Counted from the whole stretch's first letter, positions 47,705 to 59,797 are shown. The stretch: DNA of 63,217 nt, filler included, from 8 parts of 8 records of this genome joined end to end with filler, not necessarily neighbours in it, one strand, 5' to 3'. Notes: a model not told the origin generated them from the letters alone. Program-made: numbers and translations.

Positions 47705-49097
47705 ATGGCACGAGCGGTGCTGTGTGTGCAATCGATGGCGCGAGCGGTGCTGTGTGTGGTGCTTGCGGGGGTTCTGCTGGCAGGTCCGGCGGCTGGGATG
47801 GAGTACTCCGGAGTGGAGGAGCTCAAGTCGCTGATGGCGCACACCGAGGACCAGCTGGTGCTGGGGGTCACCACCCGGAGCAACTGCGGCGAGCCTTGCG
47901 AGCTGTTCGACCAGTTCCTCACCGCGCTGGCCGGCAAGATGGAAGGCTTCTTCCAGGTCAAGCAGGTGCCGCCCCGCGGGCGCTGGCCCGGCTGACCGCA
48001 CTGGTCAGGCCGACGTCAGCACCCAGATCTCGATCGGGGCTGAGGAGAGCAACATACAGTCGCTTTATAATATCTCGACCATACCCACCATCCGGGTCTT
48101 CCCGTACGGGCTCAAGAGCTGGACCACTGCGTATGCGATCGACACCAACGCCACTTCGCAGATGATGGGCGCTTACCTGAAGGCGCCGGCCGCTCAGCTC
48201 CCGATGGTCCACAAACAAGTCCACGACGTGCTGCTTCAGTTCCTTCCGAGCGGCCCGATCGAGTCTCTCGCCGCCAGCTCGCTCGATGAGTGGCTCTCCG
48301 GCGAGCCTGCCAAGGCCAAGGCGCTGCTGCTCACCTCCAAGTCCAGCACGCCCACCATGTTCACAAAGCTCTCTCTGGACTTTGGAGCCGGGGTGCGGTT
48401 TGCGGAGCTCCGATCTTCCGAGACTGCCGCGCTCAAAAAGCTCAAGGAGCTGGGCTCGAAGAGCCTTGCAAAGCTGCTCGAGACCCCAAAGTTCCCGATG
48501 TTGCTGCTGGCCGGGCCAGGCGGCGGCGCCAAGAAGCTCAAAAAGTATGACGGCCCGCTCAAGCTCGCTGCGATCGCGGAGGAGCTCAAGAAGATCTCGC
48601 CGGGTGTGATTGTTCCAGAGTTGCATAAACAGACCATGTTCGAAGAGGTCTGTGCCAGCAAAGGCGGGATATGCGTGGTCGGGCTGCTGCCAGGACGGTT
48701 TGATGAGCCGGTCGAGACCCTCAGGCAGGTGGCTGGGCGCCAGTTCCCGGGACAGCCTGGGCAAGCCGCGCAGGCCAATGTGCACTTCGCGTGGATCAAT
48801 GCTGATAGGCAGGAGGCTTTTGCTGAGGGGTTTGACGTCGAACACTTTCCGTCTCTAATCGCCGTCAACCCACGGAAGAAGCGATACAGGTGCTTTGAGC
48901 GAGCCGGCGCGGCTGAATGGGGTGGGGGCAGTGCGATGAAAGGGACGTTTGATGTGGAGAGCATCCGCGGGTTTATTAGTCGGACGCTCACGGGGAAAGA
49001 GCCGCTGGCCCGACTGGAGAAGGTGCCAAAGCTCGAGAAGAATGGGCCGTCGGTGAGCTCTGCCAAGATGGATAAGCTGATGCGAGGCGAGCTGTAG
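47705..49097 (+). CDS. ER-lumen thioredoxin-fold (PDI-like) protein
   Basis: Signal peptide; CGEPC; IPTIRVFP; multiple Trx-like folds; C-terminal RGEL; 43- and 42-nt introns. Confidence 0.75.
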
Positions 49098-49328
49098 ATC
49101 TAAGTTTAGAGTGCGTAGAGTGTTGTATGAGAGTGTTGCACACACATGGCTGGGAGTGACGCAAGACGTCGCAAGTACTCCGAAGCCTGATGTGGCTCTT
49201 GTTATAATTATACGTAGCAACGCTCTGTCATTGATTACTCAATGAAGATCTATTAAAGATCTATAGCTTGAAAACCTATCTTTAATACCGTACGACACTG
49301 AGCCGGTACGGATGGACTACTCTAGCAG

Positions 49329-50141
49329 CTAGTGCATCATCAAGCTCGAGATGAGAGCGACCCCACTCGCGGCAGACATCACTACAAACAGCATCAACGC
49401 CGCCACACAAAAGTAGGTCGGCTGGCTACCAGACGCCATGTGCGATCCGACCACAAGCGCCGCGGCCACATACCCTGAAAGCATCCCGAGATGCGCCTTG
49501 GCGTCCATCGGCGCCTCAGTCGAGGCAGCGGCTGCAGTCATCACCGCCACGCACCCCGCAAACAGGCCCACCCAACGCAGCAGCATCAGCTCGAGCGCAC
49601 TGGGCTCTAGCCCAGGCGCCGGCGAGTACCACAGACGGCTGGTGGCGGCCGTGGGGCTGCCGGGCCCGAGCGCTGCCACCCTCAAGCTCCACAGGCTCAG
49701 AGGCCACACCAGCCCACAGCAGGCGACCAGACCGAATAGCCCCGTATCCAGCCAGAGCACCGGCCGCCGCGCGAGGGCCCCGTTGTGCTGAGGCAGGAGC
49801 ACACAGCCGCACCCGCCCAGCACCAGCACCAGTGCTCCCGCCACCTCAAGGCACCGCGCCAGCAGTCCAGAGCCTTCCGCGCCGCGGACTAGGACCGAGT
49901 GGTCCGGCCCGGCGCGTGCGGAGGCCCAGCCCTTGTACGCCGGGCTCTGCTTCCACTGGCGGAGGGTGTGCTGCTGGAGTGAGCTTTGGCCGGCCTCCAT
50001 CGTGCCGTAGTTGCCCAGCCAGGCACTCCTGTGCGCCTCCAGCGTCTCGGGCCGGGCCGGGCTCGCGTCCCGGCTGGTCGGGGGCGAGCGGTCCTCCATC
50101 GGCAGGAAGATCAGCTCAGGCACGTCCTCGACGTCCTCCAT
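49329..50141 (-). CDS. Multi-pass membrane protein, unknown
   Basis: ATG 50141; about 5 hydrophobic segments. Confidence 0.6.
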   Translation of the reverse strand: MEDVEDVPELIFLPMEDRSPPTSRDASPARPETLEAHRSAWLGNYGTMEAGQSSLQQHTLRQWKQSPAYKGWASARAGPDHSVLVRGAEGSGLLARCLEVAGALVLVLGGCGCVLLPQHNGALARRPVLWLDTGLFGLVACCGLVWPLSLWSLRVAALGPGSPTAATSRLWYSPAPGLEPSALELMLLRWVGLFAGCVAVMTAAAASTEAPMDAKAHLGMLSGYVAAALVVGSHMASGSQPTYFCVAALMLFVVMSAASGVALISSLMMH

Positions 50142-50183
50142 GGATTCGACCTGATCCTCGGCCAACGGTCGAGGAAATGGAGC

Positions 50184-52985
50184 ATGATTGAGGCGGTGCT
50201 GCCTCTGCTCCGGCGGTCGCAGGAGACTGAGTACGAGCACAGCCAACGGGACTTGAGCTTCGCAGAGCGGCAGCACCGGTTGATATGCGACCCGATCGTG
50301 CTGATCTTGTTCGGGTGCGTCTTCGCATGCGCGATATGGATGCCGAGCACCCGAACACCGCCATGCCGGCTGCTGGTCTGGCGGTTCGTGTGCATGACCG
50401 TGGTGGTGATCAACTCGCTCGTGACCGCGATCCTGAAGTGGCCCTACTTTAAGAACGTCTTCTTCCTGGCCTCAAACCAAGCCTTCTTCCTCATGGCCGT
50501 GCTCCTCACGGCCATGTCAGTATGGGAGACTGTGTTCATCGCCCGTAACCCGTTCAAGAACGATCGGTTCGGCGCGTCCGGGTTCGTGTTTGTGCTGCTG
50601 TTTGGGGCGATCCAGTACATGGGCGTGGTGCTCGACTTCTACAAGTCAACATACACTGATGACCGGTCGTACGACTTCGCGCTTTTCAAAACGGCCGAGG
50701 ACTACTGCCAGGACACCTTCTTCATCTTTGCAGTCTCGCTGGTCGGGATCTCGGTGCTGTTGAGCGTGCTGACTGCGATGGAGCTCAGCTGGGGGCTCGA
50801 GCTTTCGAGGCGGTCACGGCAGCGTGTTATTGTCCAGCAATTTTGCATCACTGCAGCGTTTGGGGCGTCCGATTTGCTTCGAGGCATCCTGCTGCACAGG
50901 TCGGTGGATGAGTACAGGCACGGGCACGAGGAGACGGTCGATTTGGTGCTGACGCTCAGTTGGATGTACGATGCAGTCATGTGGTTTCTACTAACGGGGG
51001 CTGCCTGGACTCTGATCTCTCAGATTCGGGGAGCGGACGGAGAGCAGGAGGACGCGCAGAACGAGGACGCGACGGGCGAGGTGAGCTGGATGCGGCGGCT
51101 GGAGGACTACTGGGCCGCCGACAATTTCGAGGCCGACATGAGGCATCAGCTTACAGTGATGACCGCCATAGGAATCAACTATTGCGCAGAGAGCTGTGTC
51201 GCCCGGTTCGAGGGCAAGACCGAGCTGCAGGATAAGTACCGCCAGCTCGTGGAGCGGTGCCTCACGTCCAATGGGACCATCTCAAAGGATGAGTTTACTG
51301 CAGCCGGCTTCTCGCCCGAGCTGTTTGCTGAGCTTCACAAGTCGGATTCAACAGACGGGCTGACTGCCAAACAGCGGTGTGGGTACATGGATCCTCGGGA
51401 TATGGAGGTCTATGGGGACTCGATCGAGCTGAATAGCACCTGCAGCCAGGGACAGAGCAGCTGTGGTGTGAGAGATTCAATGGATTGGCAGACAGCGATT
51501 CGTCTTACCCCGGTAAGCAATAATTGCCCGTCCCAGGGCGAAGCTGCAACGCGCACGAGTCTCGGAAGGTCGAATTCTGCTGAGAATCGGCGAGCCTCGC
51601 ATGTCCTTCAAGCGGCCGAGAAGGGATACGGAACTGCCTCCAAGACGGGTGGGCTGCGGATGCCAATCATGATGGGAGGCAAGGCTCTAGAATTTTTCAC
51701 TTATGAGTCGATGGTTTTCGACCTGGTGCGTCTTGCGCTGTTGAGTTGATGCTGACTGTGAGCTGGGCAGGTGAGGTACAAGCTTGGGGTGAAGCCCGAG
51801 ACATTCTTGGAGGCGATTGAGCCAATAGTTGAGGCATGTGGCGAGCGCGTGCTGAAGCGTGGGGTGACGGATCAAACCGAGCCCTCGTCGGATGAACCAA
51901 AACTTGCCCGGGCGCCTTCTCAGGTGGAAAGCTTTCACGATCTCAATTTCAGGGAGATTATGTCCTCTGGAGCCTCCGGGAGTTATTTTTATTTCACGCC
52001 GAATCAGATGTTTATTGTGAAGCAGATAGACCTAGGCGAGAAGGACCAACTTCAAAGCATGGCCTACGCGTACGCAAAGCACTGCTGCGAGAACCCAGAG
52101 ACAATGATCCACTATTACGGCTTGTACTCACTTCGTCTGCCGATGTATTCGTCGGCTAAGATTTACTTTGTCGTGATGAAGAACTTCCTGTTTGCCCCGA
52201 TGTGCCAGGAATTGGGATCAGAACCTCTGCGGAGAGAATCGCGCTTGGATAAGATTACGCTCACCTTTGACCTCAAGGGCGCCACCACCAACCGACGGAG
52301 GATCAAAGACCTAGAGAAGCTGGAGGCGATTAATCAGGGCGCCAAGGGAAGTTCGCTGCTCGATTGGGATTGGATGGGACTTGGCTACCAAATGCTGCTC
52401 AGCAACCAAGCCAAGCGATGGATGGCACTCCAGCTGAGGGAAGATCTCAAGTTTCTGGCTTCTTGCCAGCTGCTTGATTATAGCCTTCTGCTTGGGGTCA
52501 CGGATAGTCATAGACAAACTTTGGCTAGGTCGACAGCTGAGGTGACCCCACTTGCGGGGCCCGCACACGAGCTGCTCGCCTCTTCCGATCACGGTCAGCG
52601 AGGTCTGCAGCTGGCGTCGACTGATGGGAGAATAGCGTACTGTTTCGGGATGATTGACATCCTCGAAGGTTGGAACTGTCGGTGGTCCATGCAACAGAAG
52701 GTGCTAGGGTGTGTGCTGAGCTGCTGCAGCCGGCTGGGCAACCCCCGAGGGATCACTGCCATACCGCCTCAGGAGTACGCCTGGAGATTTGAGGAGTTCA
52801 TGCTCGATCAAGTACTTGGGATCAGACTGCCCAGTTTCCCGGTGGCCGCAGCGGCTGTTAACCCGGTAGATATAGATAGACAAGACAATGCGCTAAGCAT
52901 AGAAGACGACGTGCTAAGCATAGAGGAGCTAGAGGATCATGGATGGAAGTCCGCTGGTGCTCCAACCTGGATACCGTGGAAATGA
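50184..52985 (+). CDS. GPCR-PIPK: 7TM domain fused to a phosphatidylinositol phosphate kinase
   Basis: About 7 TM helices; SGASGSYFY, FIVK, VVMKN, FDLKG, LLDYSLLLG, FGMIDIL; intron 51726-51770. Confidence 0.88.
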
Positions 52986-53207
52986 CGTGCTGACCTGTGC
53001 TGACTATGGTGCTTTTGATTAAAATTAATCTAGGCTTTGAAAACATTTGAAATCATCGACTTTTTTTAAATTATACCCTCGAGTACCCTCTAGGAGAGCA
53101 CCTTTAAATACATGTTCAAGGACTTGCTCAAAGCTATAGCTATGTTACGAACTCTACATGATTACTACATGATCATGATACTAAGTAGATACTAAGCTAG
53201 CTCAAAG

Positions 53208-54380
53208 CTACGAAAGCTTACTCAAAAGATCAATCGTGAGCCACGCCCCAGTCGCCCCTAGTAGCATCCCAAGATCCATGTTGGACCGCTCCCTGACAAC
53301 TGTAGATCTCCGCGATGTCCGCTCGGTCTCGCCAAACATTCGCTCGAATAGCGTCGGCTCTAGGCCACTTTCAGGCCCTCGATCGTGGAAGATCGACGCT
53401 TCCGCCAGCCGTCCTTCCTGAAGAGCGCTGTACACCAGCCAAGTACTGTACGCTAAGAACCCGGCCAGCAGAAGGAGCATCATGGCCCCGAGACCGGTGT
53501 GCATTAGCTGGTACAGGGCATACGCCACTATAATTGTAATCACCACCACTGAAGTCCCGATGATGCACCGAGCAATCGGTATGGGCCGCCAGCCGCTGAG
53601 CGCTAGAGCGTTGACCAGGATGGTGGAGCAATCTAGCGGGAAACATGGGACCAACGCATTGAACGCGAACATAGTGATATTGAGCACAAGCTGCGATATG
53701 CACAGCATCGCACACCACTCGCTGAATTGGACCACCGAGAGCCCCGCTGTCGACAGCGTTACTCGGCCCAGCAACCCAGCCAGCAGACCCAGCCAGAGCA
53801 GGCAGAGTGGCGCGTGCGTCGCAGGGCCCAACGCCGCGACGTAAATCCGCTCCTTGTGGGTCGGCGCGCTGTTGGCGCACACGGCCAGCCCTCCCAGCGG
53901 CCAGAGCAGGATTTGGACCGGAGGCACCCCGCAGTGCGCCGCCGCGAACACGTGGCCAACTTCGTGTATCAGGACTGTCGCGTAGAGGAACAGCCCGTTC
54001 GAGAAAAGCACCAGCATCATGGCCGCAAACACCCGGTCCATCTCAGCCCTCTGGGCCAGCCCCGACCACAGGATGGCCAAGCAGCCCAGCCCTGGGATCA
54101 ACCCAAGCAGGTAGTGCACACGGATCGGCACTGGCGCCCCGCCCACTGCCCGCGGGAGCCGGACCCACAGGGCTTCGGGGAGCAGCCAGGTGCCTCCAAG
54201 CACCCCGAGAGACTGCTGGAGCGGCGCTGCGCTGCTCGGTGGGCCTGGCGGCTGGTACGGCGGCGGCGGCGGGTCAGCGGCCGGCCATGCGGGCAGGGGC
54301 TCGGCGGCCGGCGTTGTTGGAGCCGGGTCGGTGCCCGACTGCAGCTGGGTATGCCCCTGCTGGCTGGCGGTGGCGCCCAT
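53208..54380 (-). CDS. M50 (site-2) intramembrane zinc metalloprotease
   Basis: HEVGH, LWPLGG, AALGP, FNALVPCFPLD; start MGATAS. Confidence 0.88.
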   Translation of the reverse strand: MGATASQQGHTQLQSGTDPAPTTPAAEPLPAWPAADPPPPPYQPPGPPSSAAPLQQSLGVLGGTWLLPEALWVRLPRAVGGAPVPIRVHYLLGLIPGLGCLAILWSGLAQRAEMDRVFAAMMLVLFSNGLFLYATVLIHEVGHVFAAAHCGVPPVQILLWPLGGLAVCANSAPTHKERIYVAALGPATHAPLCLLWLGLLAGLLGRVTLSTAGLSVVQFSEWCAMLCISQLVLNITMFAFNALVPCFPLDCSTILVNALALSGWRPIPIARCIIGTSVVVITIIVAYALYQLMHTGLGAMMLLLLAGFLAYSTWLVYSALQEGRLAEASIFHDRGPESGLEPTLFERMFGETERTSRRSTVVRERSNMDLGMLLGATGAWLTIDLLSKLS

Positions 54381-54474
54381 GGCCCCAAACGATAGGACCA
54401 GCTGCAGCCTGGCGCTGGGCGCTGGCAAAAGTCCAAATCGAACTGGCTGCAGCAGCCAGGGGCACGAGAGGGTC

Positions 54475-55091
54475 ATGTCGGCGTTCAGCATGGAGTCGAT
54501 GCTGGCGGATGCCAACGCCATCTCGGACGCCAACAGAACAGCGCTGCAGGAGCTCGCCCGGAACCGGAAAGCATCTCACAAGCTCGAGGAGTACAGCCGC
54601 AAGTCCCGCAAGCAGCCCCGGTGCCGCCGCAGGGAACCGGCGCACTGACCGGCGGCGCAGGCAGCAGCAGGAGGGCGAGGCGGTGGGCTGGGCTGTAAGC
54701 GTCCAGGTGTGAGCTTGGGCGGCCAGGTGCTCCAGCGGCAGCTCGAGGAGGCGCAGGCGGCGCTCAAAGCTCGGACGGAGGAGAACGACAAGTTAAAGGC
54801 GCGCGGCTCGGGCCTGGTGTAGGCTCACCGGGTGGCCAGGCCGAGCTGTCGGCGGCCAAGGCGCGGGAGGCCGAGCTGACCGAGGCGAACGCTGAGCTGG
54901 ATTTGAAGTGAGGAGGCGGGCGTGGGCGCGGTGAGAGGGCTGGCGGCAGGGCCAGGGCGGAGCAGCAAGCGATGCGCACAATGTGCGAGGCTGTAAAGGT
55001 GAGCAGTACGCGATGTCCGCCGCTTGCTAATATCGCGTGTCTTACGCAGGGACTGATGACCAATCCGCTGCCATCTGTAACGTATAAGTGA
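54475..55091 (+). CDS. Small coiled-coil protein with 5 introns, absent as a unit from the ORF track
   Basis: MSAFSMESM...; five 40-51-nt introns (two GC donors) give a continuous frame to TGA 55091. Confidence 0.6.
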
Positions 55092-55230
55092 TTAATTGAG
55101 GCCGCCACCAATATAAAATAACATTTAGCACACAGGTAAATAGTGCGATCATAGTGCACGAGCAATCGAACCAATCCTCGACTGTACATAAATTTATCGG
55201 ATTGCCGCGCTAGATCTAGACAGCGCTTAC

Positions 55231-56460
55231 TCAGGGGTTGAGTGTGGGAGTGCACGGAGTGTTGTGTCGATCTGGGCTCATCAGTGCAACAGCCTCATTA
55301 TACTGGCCATGCTCGTGCAGCCACAGTGCCGCCCACACTAGCTGGCGTGCCCGGGGAGCCGCGCGCCAGTGCTCCAATTTCAGCAGGTATTCCTCCTCGT
55401 CATACATCCCAGCCGAGTGCAAGAATTCTGCTTGAGCTGGCAACGACATGCCATTCCATTTATCGAGCGACTGAGACCTCAGCCGCGCGTCCTCAAAGGT
55501 CTGCTGGATACTGCTTGTGCTAGGTCCATTCACTGGAAATCCCATAGGGCTCGCGGCAGGTGGCACGTGTGTACTGGTTGTGGCCTCCTGGAGCTGCTGC
55601 AGCTGTGTCTGAAAATCTTGGACTCCAGCAGCTGCCCTGTTGACTCGCATAAACGCCACCTGGAGAGCGTCTGCTAGCTGCTTTGGAGGCTCGGCGGGGA
55701 CCAGCTGGGCGTCCTGGGCTCTGTCTCTCTGAGTAATAGAGCTAAGGTCTGGGGCTAGCTGAGCGGTGCGGTTGGATCCAGGTGCAGGTACGCAAGAGCT
55801 CGATGTGCGCTCTGTTCGGGTCACAGGCCTGGTAGGCGACCTGTGCGGTCGTTCGTTGACCTCCTGGCCCGCGTTGGCTGGCTTACGTACAGGCTGGAAG
55901 GCGAATGCCCCAGTGAACCTCGTGCCTTCCCCCAAAGGTGAGCCCTGGGCCAAACTGGATTCAGCAGCTGCACATGCACATGAATCAGCCGAGGAGGACC
56001 AGGAGCTCGGCAGCAAAAGCGAGCGGCTATATTCGGCCCGGAGTTGGTCGACCTCCTTGTCTAGGAGAGTGATCTGCCGCTTCGTGGCCTTTCTTTGGTC
56101 CTTGGGGGCCTCGAGCATCGCTTTCTGCAGCTCATACAATCGCCTGTTCTTAGTCTGTAACTCTGTATTGAGCAATGCTGTGCGATCTCCCCCAATCGGC
56201 TGCAGTGCAGGCGGAGCCTCAGCAGCGGGTGGTTGGTCTTGTAGCTCTGCTGTCGGGGCTGTGCCCGCCGGCCCGTCGACTATGAGCGCCATCGACCTAT
56301 TGATCGGGTCCTGGGACAGCCGTTTGGCCTGGCCAGTCAGCCGGCCTCGCCAGCTTGCCCCTCGGTCGCAGGCGGGGTCCCTCTGTGCGACCAGCGCGTC
56401 TGCAGACTCCTGTGGAGCCAGCGGGTCTGCTGGCTCGCCCGTACAGGGAGCCGAACTCAT
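55231..56460 (-). CDS. Hypothetical protein (coiled coil plus low complexity)
   Basis: 409-aa ATG-initiated ORF with AT-rich flanks. Confidence 0.6.
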   Translation of the reverse strand: MSSAPCTGEPADPLAPQESADALVAQRDPACDRGASWRGRLTGQAKRLSQDPINRSMALIVDGPAGTAPTAELQDQPPAAEAPPALQPIGGDRTALLNTELQTKNRRLYELQKAMLEAPKDQRKATKRQITLLDKEVDQLRAEYSRSLLLPSSWSSSADSCACAAAESSLAQGSPLGEGTRFTGAFAFQPVRKPANAGQEVNERPHRSPTRPVTRTERTSSSCVPAPGSNRTAQLAPDLSSITQRDRAQDAQLVPAEPPKQLADALQVAFMRVNRAAAGVQDFQTQLQQLQEATTSTHVPPAASPMGFPVNGPSTSSIQQTFEDARLRSQSLDKWNGMSLPAQAEFLHSAGMYDEEEYLLKLEHWRAAPRARQLVWAALWLHEHGQYNEAVALMSPDRHNTPCTPTLNP

Positions 56461-56879
56461 CCCAGCCCGCCCCTCGCACCTGCGTGGTCCTGCAGTTGTC
56501 TGCTGCCCATCCCGACCAGCAGCCTCGTCGCCGCTGGGCTACGTCCCACTCACTGACTACCCGGGACGCCGCCGTGCCTTCTCTCGGCACTGGGTGCCCG
56601 GAGCTTTGTCGCCTTTCCGTTAAATTATTCCTCGACTCCACAGATCTCCATGGTACTCGGCAAACATTTGCCACAAGTTTACCGTACATTACAATAACAA
56701 CTTGAGAACTGAATCCTTCTACTCGTATGTATACGATTCTATTGATATGCATGAGTTCATAGGGTGCCTCACAATCATAGGGTATCTCTAGTTCAGTCAC
56801 GTCGACGTCGGCGATGAAAATAGCGATGAAACAATAATGAAACGGCGATATGATGTTTCATCAATCACGGAACCTTGTG

Positions 56880-59180
56880 TTAATTCGGCCGTAAGGCATT
56901 TGAATAGGTCCTCGGGTCGCACATGTTTCCACTATCGTCAGCGGCGCGTAGCCACACTCTCGTAGTCGCTGCCCCGGCCATCTCGTGGCGCCACTCTCCA
57001 CTGCTCAAATCGAGCCGCGCCACGGGATGCCACCGTTCACCGCCATTCAGCGAGATCTCCACAGCTGCCACGACGCCCCCTCCGTCGTCCTCCGCGTGAC
57101 CATGCAGCCAACCGTCATATATGCCGGCTACAGTCACCACCGGTGCGCTACTGTCAGTCGAAGGACCCGAAACAACCAACCCAGCCTGCGGAGCAGCAGG
57201 CTGCACTCCCATGTCTGCAAACAGATTGACCGTGGCTTGCTGGATGTCTCTGTCTCCATCGGGCACTAATTGATCTCTCGACACGCGCAGGCTGTAGCAG
57301 TTGTTGCCCAGCTGGCGGTCGAGCCCTCCGACCAAGTCGTGGTGTCCGTCAAGACCCCACGACCACTGACAAGTCCCCGCACCAAACACCAAGGCGCCCC
57401 CGGCTGTCTTGTACAAAACTAGGCGATGCGTGGCAGTCCCCGTATCAAATGTAGCGCCCTCGTCGGCGATGTACTGCACATCCTCGATCGTAGTGCTACT
57501 CAGACGCTGAAGCCCGGCCGGTCGAAACCCGTTGTCTATGTCCTCGTCAAACTCATGACCCAGCAGCCCCACCACAGGGACAATATATCTGCCGCCGGCA
57601 GGCTGTCTAGCCACAGCCGTGTGTCGCCAGAACCTACCAACAGGTTCATGGGCCCCAGCCGAGTCAGCCACCGGTGGCGAGAATACTCGAAAGGCACTTC
57701 CAAGAAGTCATTCCGCCAGGCGTTGACGGTGAAGATAGTCCCAGTCAGCTCATTCTCCGGGTGTGGCCTGCCACCGACTCAGCGGCACCGTCTGGCCGCC
57801 TTCACCCGAGTGGATTTATGCCCCGACCGTCTCGGAAAGTGCCCTGCGCTGAGCTTGAGCACAGACCAGCCCAGGAGGCACCGTCCACTCGTTCGGCTCT
57901 GGATCTATCTTCTCACTGGCCTGAGTCTCTTTGTACACCACCATCGTGCGGTGCGGGTTACCGGCCGCATCGGGCTCCCAGCGCACCCGCCAGTAGACCT
58001 TGAGCCCGCCCCCTCAACCCACGCGACACGCACAAACAACCTCGTTCGCGGAGAAGAATGCCAGTGACATGCCGTTGTCGCGCGCTGCCGTCACGTGCTC
58101 TCTTTGCAGCCCACTCCAGTACTCGTCTGCCGCAGTCCAGTCAGCGCCTGTGAGGCCAGTGGCAGCACCATGTCCTACAGAGAGATACACGCGGTGCCTG
58201 CTGCTAAGCAGCAGCTCCCCGGACCGGTGAGCATCCACCCCAGTCCAGTACGATACGTCGTACCCGTTGCGCTCGAGCCAACGGATCATTGGATACTCTG
58301 CATTCAACGGCATGTTGGAGGCGCGGTATGCTCGAGTGGCGGTCGGCCGGTTGTACGAGACTTTGAATGCCCTACGTGAGCGGTCCAGCGGTGGCGGGGA
58401 GCCGGCGTGGATGTCCGGTTTGTCGCACGGGGTTCCGTACGTGTTTGTGGCGCCCCAGCAGTTGTACGCCTGGTATGTGGTGTCCATCGTCTGGAACAGA
58501 AGCTGCGAGCAATGCCGGTCGTCGCGAACTACCCAAAACACGTGGCTCGCCCGAGGCTCCACCAGAGCGTTGGCCCGGTGACCCATCCCTGCTGCGCCAT
58601 ACCCGTGCGTGCCCATTGTGCCATTGGGCCGAGCCGATGGGTTGGCACCGGTCCTGGCAAATTTCGAGTCACCCTTTACGGGACTCGCATCCTCCCTCCA
58701 CCCACGCTTGCCTGGCAGCACCAGTCGGGCAAAGTAAATCCCGGAGACTGCGTCGGCAGGCACCTGCCAGCGCATTGAAACCGCCCAGCCGGCGCAGTCG
58801 ACTAGAAGCGTGTCCGGCTCATTGTGGCACGCCGGCTGGCGCTGCTGCCCGCGGATATCCTGCGAGTGGACCCGACGGGCGCCACTGCCGTTGTACCAGC
58901 CCATACGGTAGATGTCCACGCGGTAGCTGGGCAGCCGGCTATCGACCTTGAGCTGGAGCTCGGCGCCCGGCGGCAGCGAGGCTTCGGTGCTGAACCCCTG
59001 GATCTCGGGGCTGCCGGCTCCGTTCACGTCCCACTCCGCGGCCGGCGAGCCGGGCAGCTGGTTCTCAGCCTCTACTCGGTTGACATACTGCTGGCAATCG
59101 CCACAACGCTGCGCCAGAGCCGAGCTGGGCGCTGGTGCCAGCAGCCCGGCGGCCAGGCAGCCGAGGACAAGGACTCGCAT
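56880..59180 (-). CDS. Secreted N,N-dimethylformamidase large/beta-subunit-like protein with Ig-like tail
   Basis: Signal peptide; ENQLPG, IQGF, YRMGWY, SGIY, TYQAYN.WG, VSYNRP, WLERNGYDV, GH/DEYWS, VFGAGT.QWSWGLD; at least two 42-nt introns. Confidence 0.85.
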
Positions 59181-59353
59181 GTGTTGTACGGTATTTCGTA
59201 TTTGAGAGTAGGGGTTCCGTTGCCTGCGATGGCTTCTGTCCATCAAGGCAATTNNNNNNNNNNNNNNNNNNNNNNNNNNNNNNNNNNNNNNNNNNNNTTA
59301 ATTAATTAANNNNNNNNNNNNNNNNNNNNNNNNNNNNNNNNNNNNNNNNNNNN

Positions 59354-59503
59354 GGCGACCATCCGAACGGTGGTCACAGCGTGGTGATGACTGGCAACGA
59401 GCAGGTCTACACCTTTGGGTGGGGCAAGTTGAACGAGCTAGGGCACGGCTCAACACAGAACGAGCGCACTCCGAGGCTGCTCGCCGGGCTCAAGACGAGT
59501 TAG
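59354..59503 (+). CDS. RCC1-repeat protein, C-terminal fragment
   Basis: GHSVVMT..QVYTFGWG....LGHG......P then TAG 59503. Confidence 0.75.
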   Translation, partial: GDHPNGGHSVVMTGNEQVYTFGWGKLNELGHGSTQNERTPRLLAGLKTS

Positions 59504-59797
59504 AGTGTTAGACGACCGTATAATTATGCGACTTCCTGCCAATCCGCAATAGACTACGTACATATAATGGTATCGTCTGAAGTGAATAGGCTTCAAGATA
59601 GGCTGGAACATTTTAACTAGTACGCCCGATCAGTCTAGCGTCACAATGTATAAATAAAGTTTCGAACGGCGAAACTCGTAAAACGACATTGATAGGTATA
59701 ATTATTGAGTAACTAAGCTCGGTGAGACTTAGGTGAGACTAAATACGCCATTACGGTAACTGTACTTGCAGTACAGGATCGCATCATCACAATGTCA

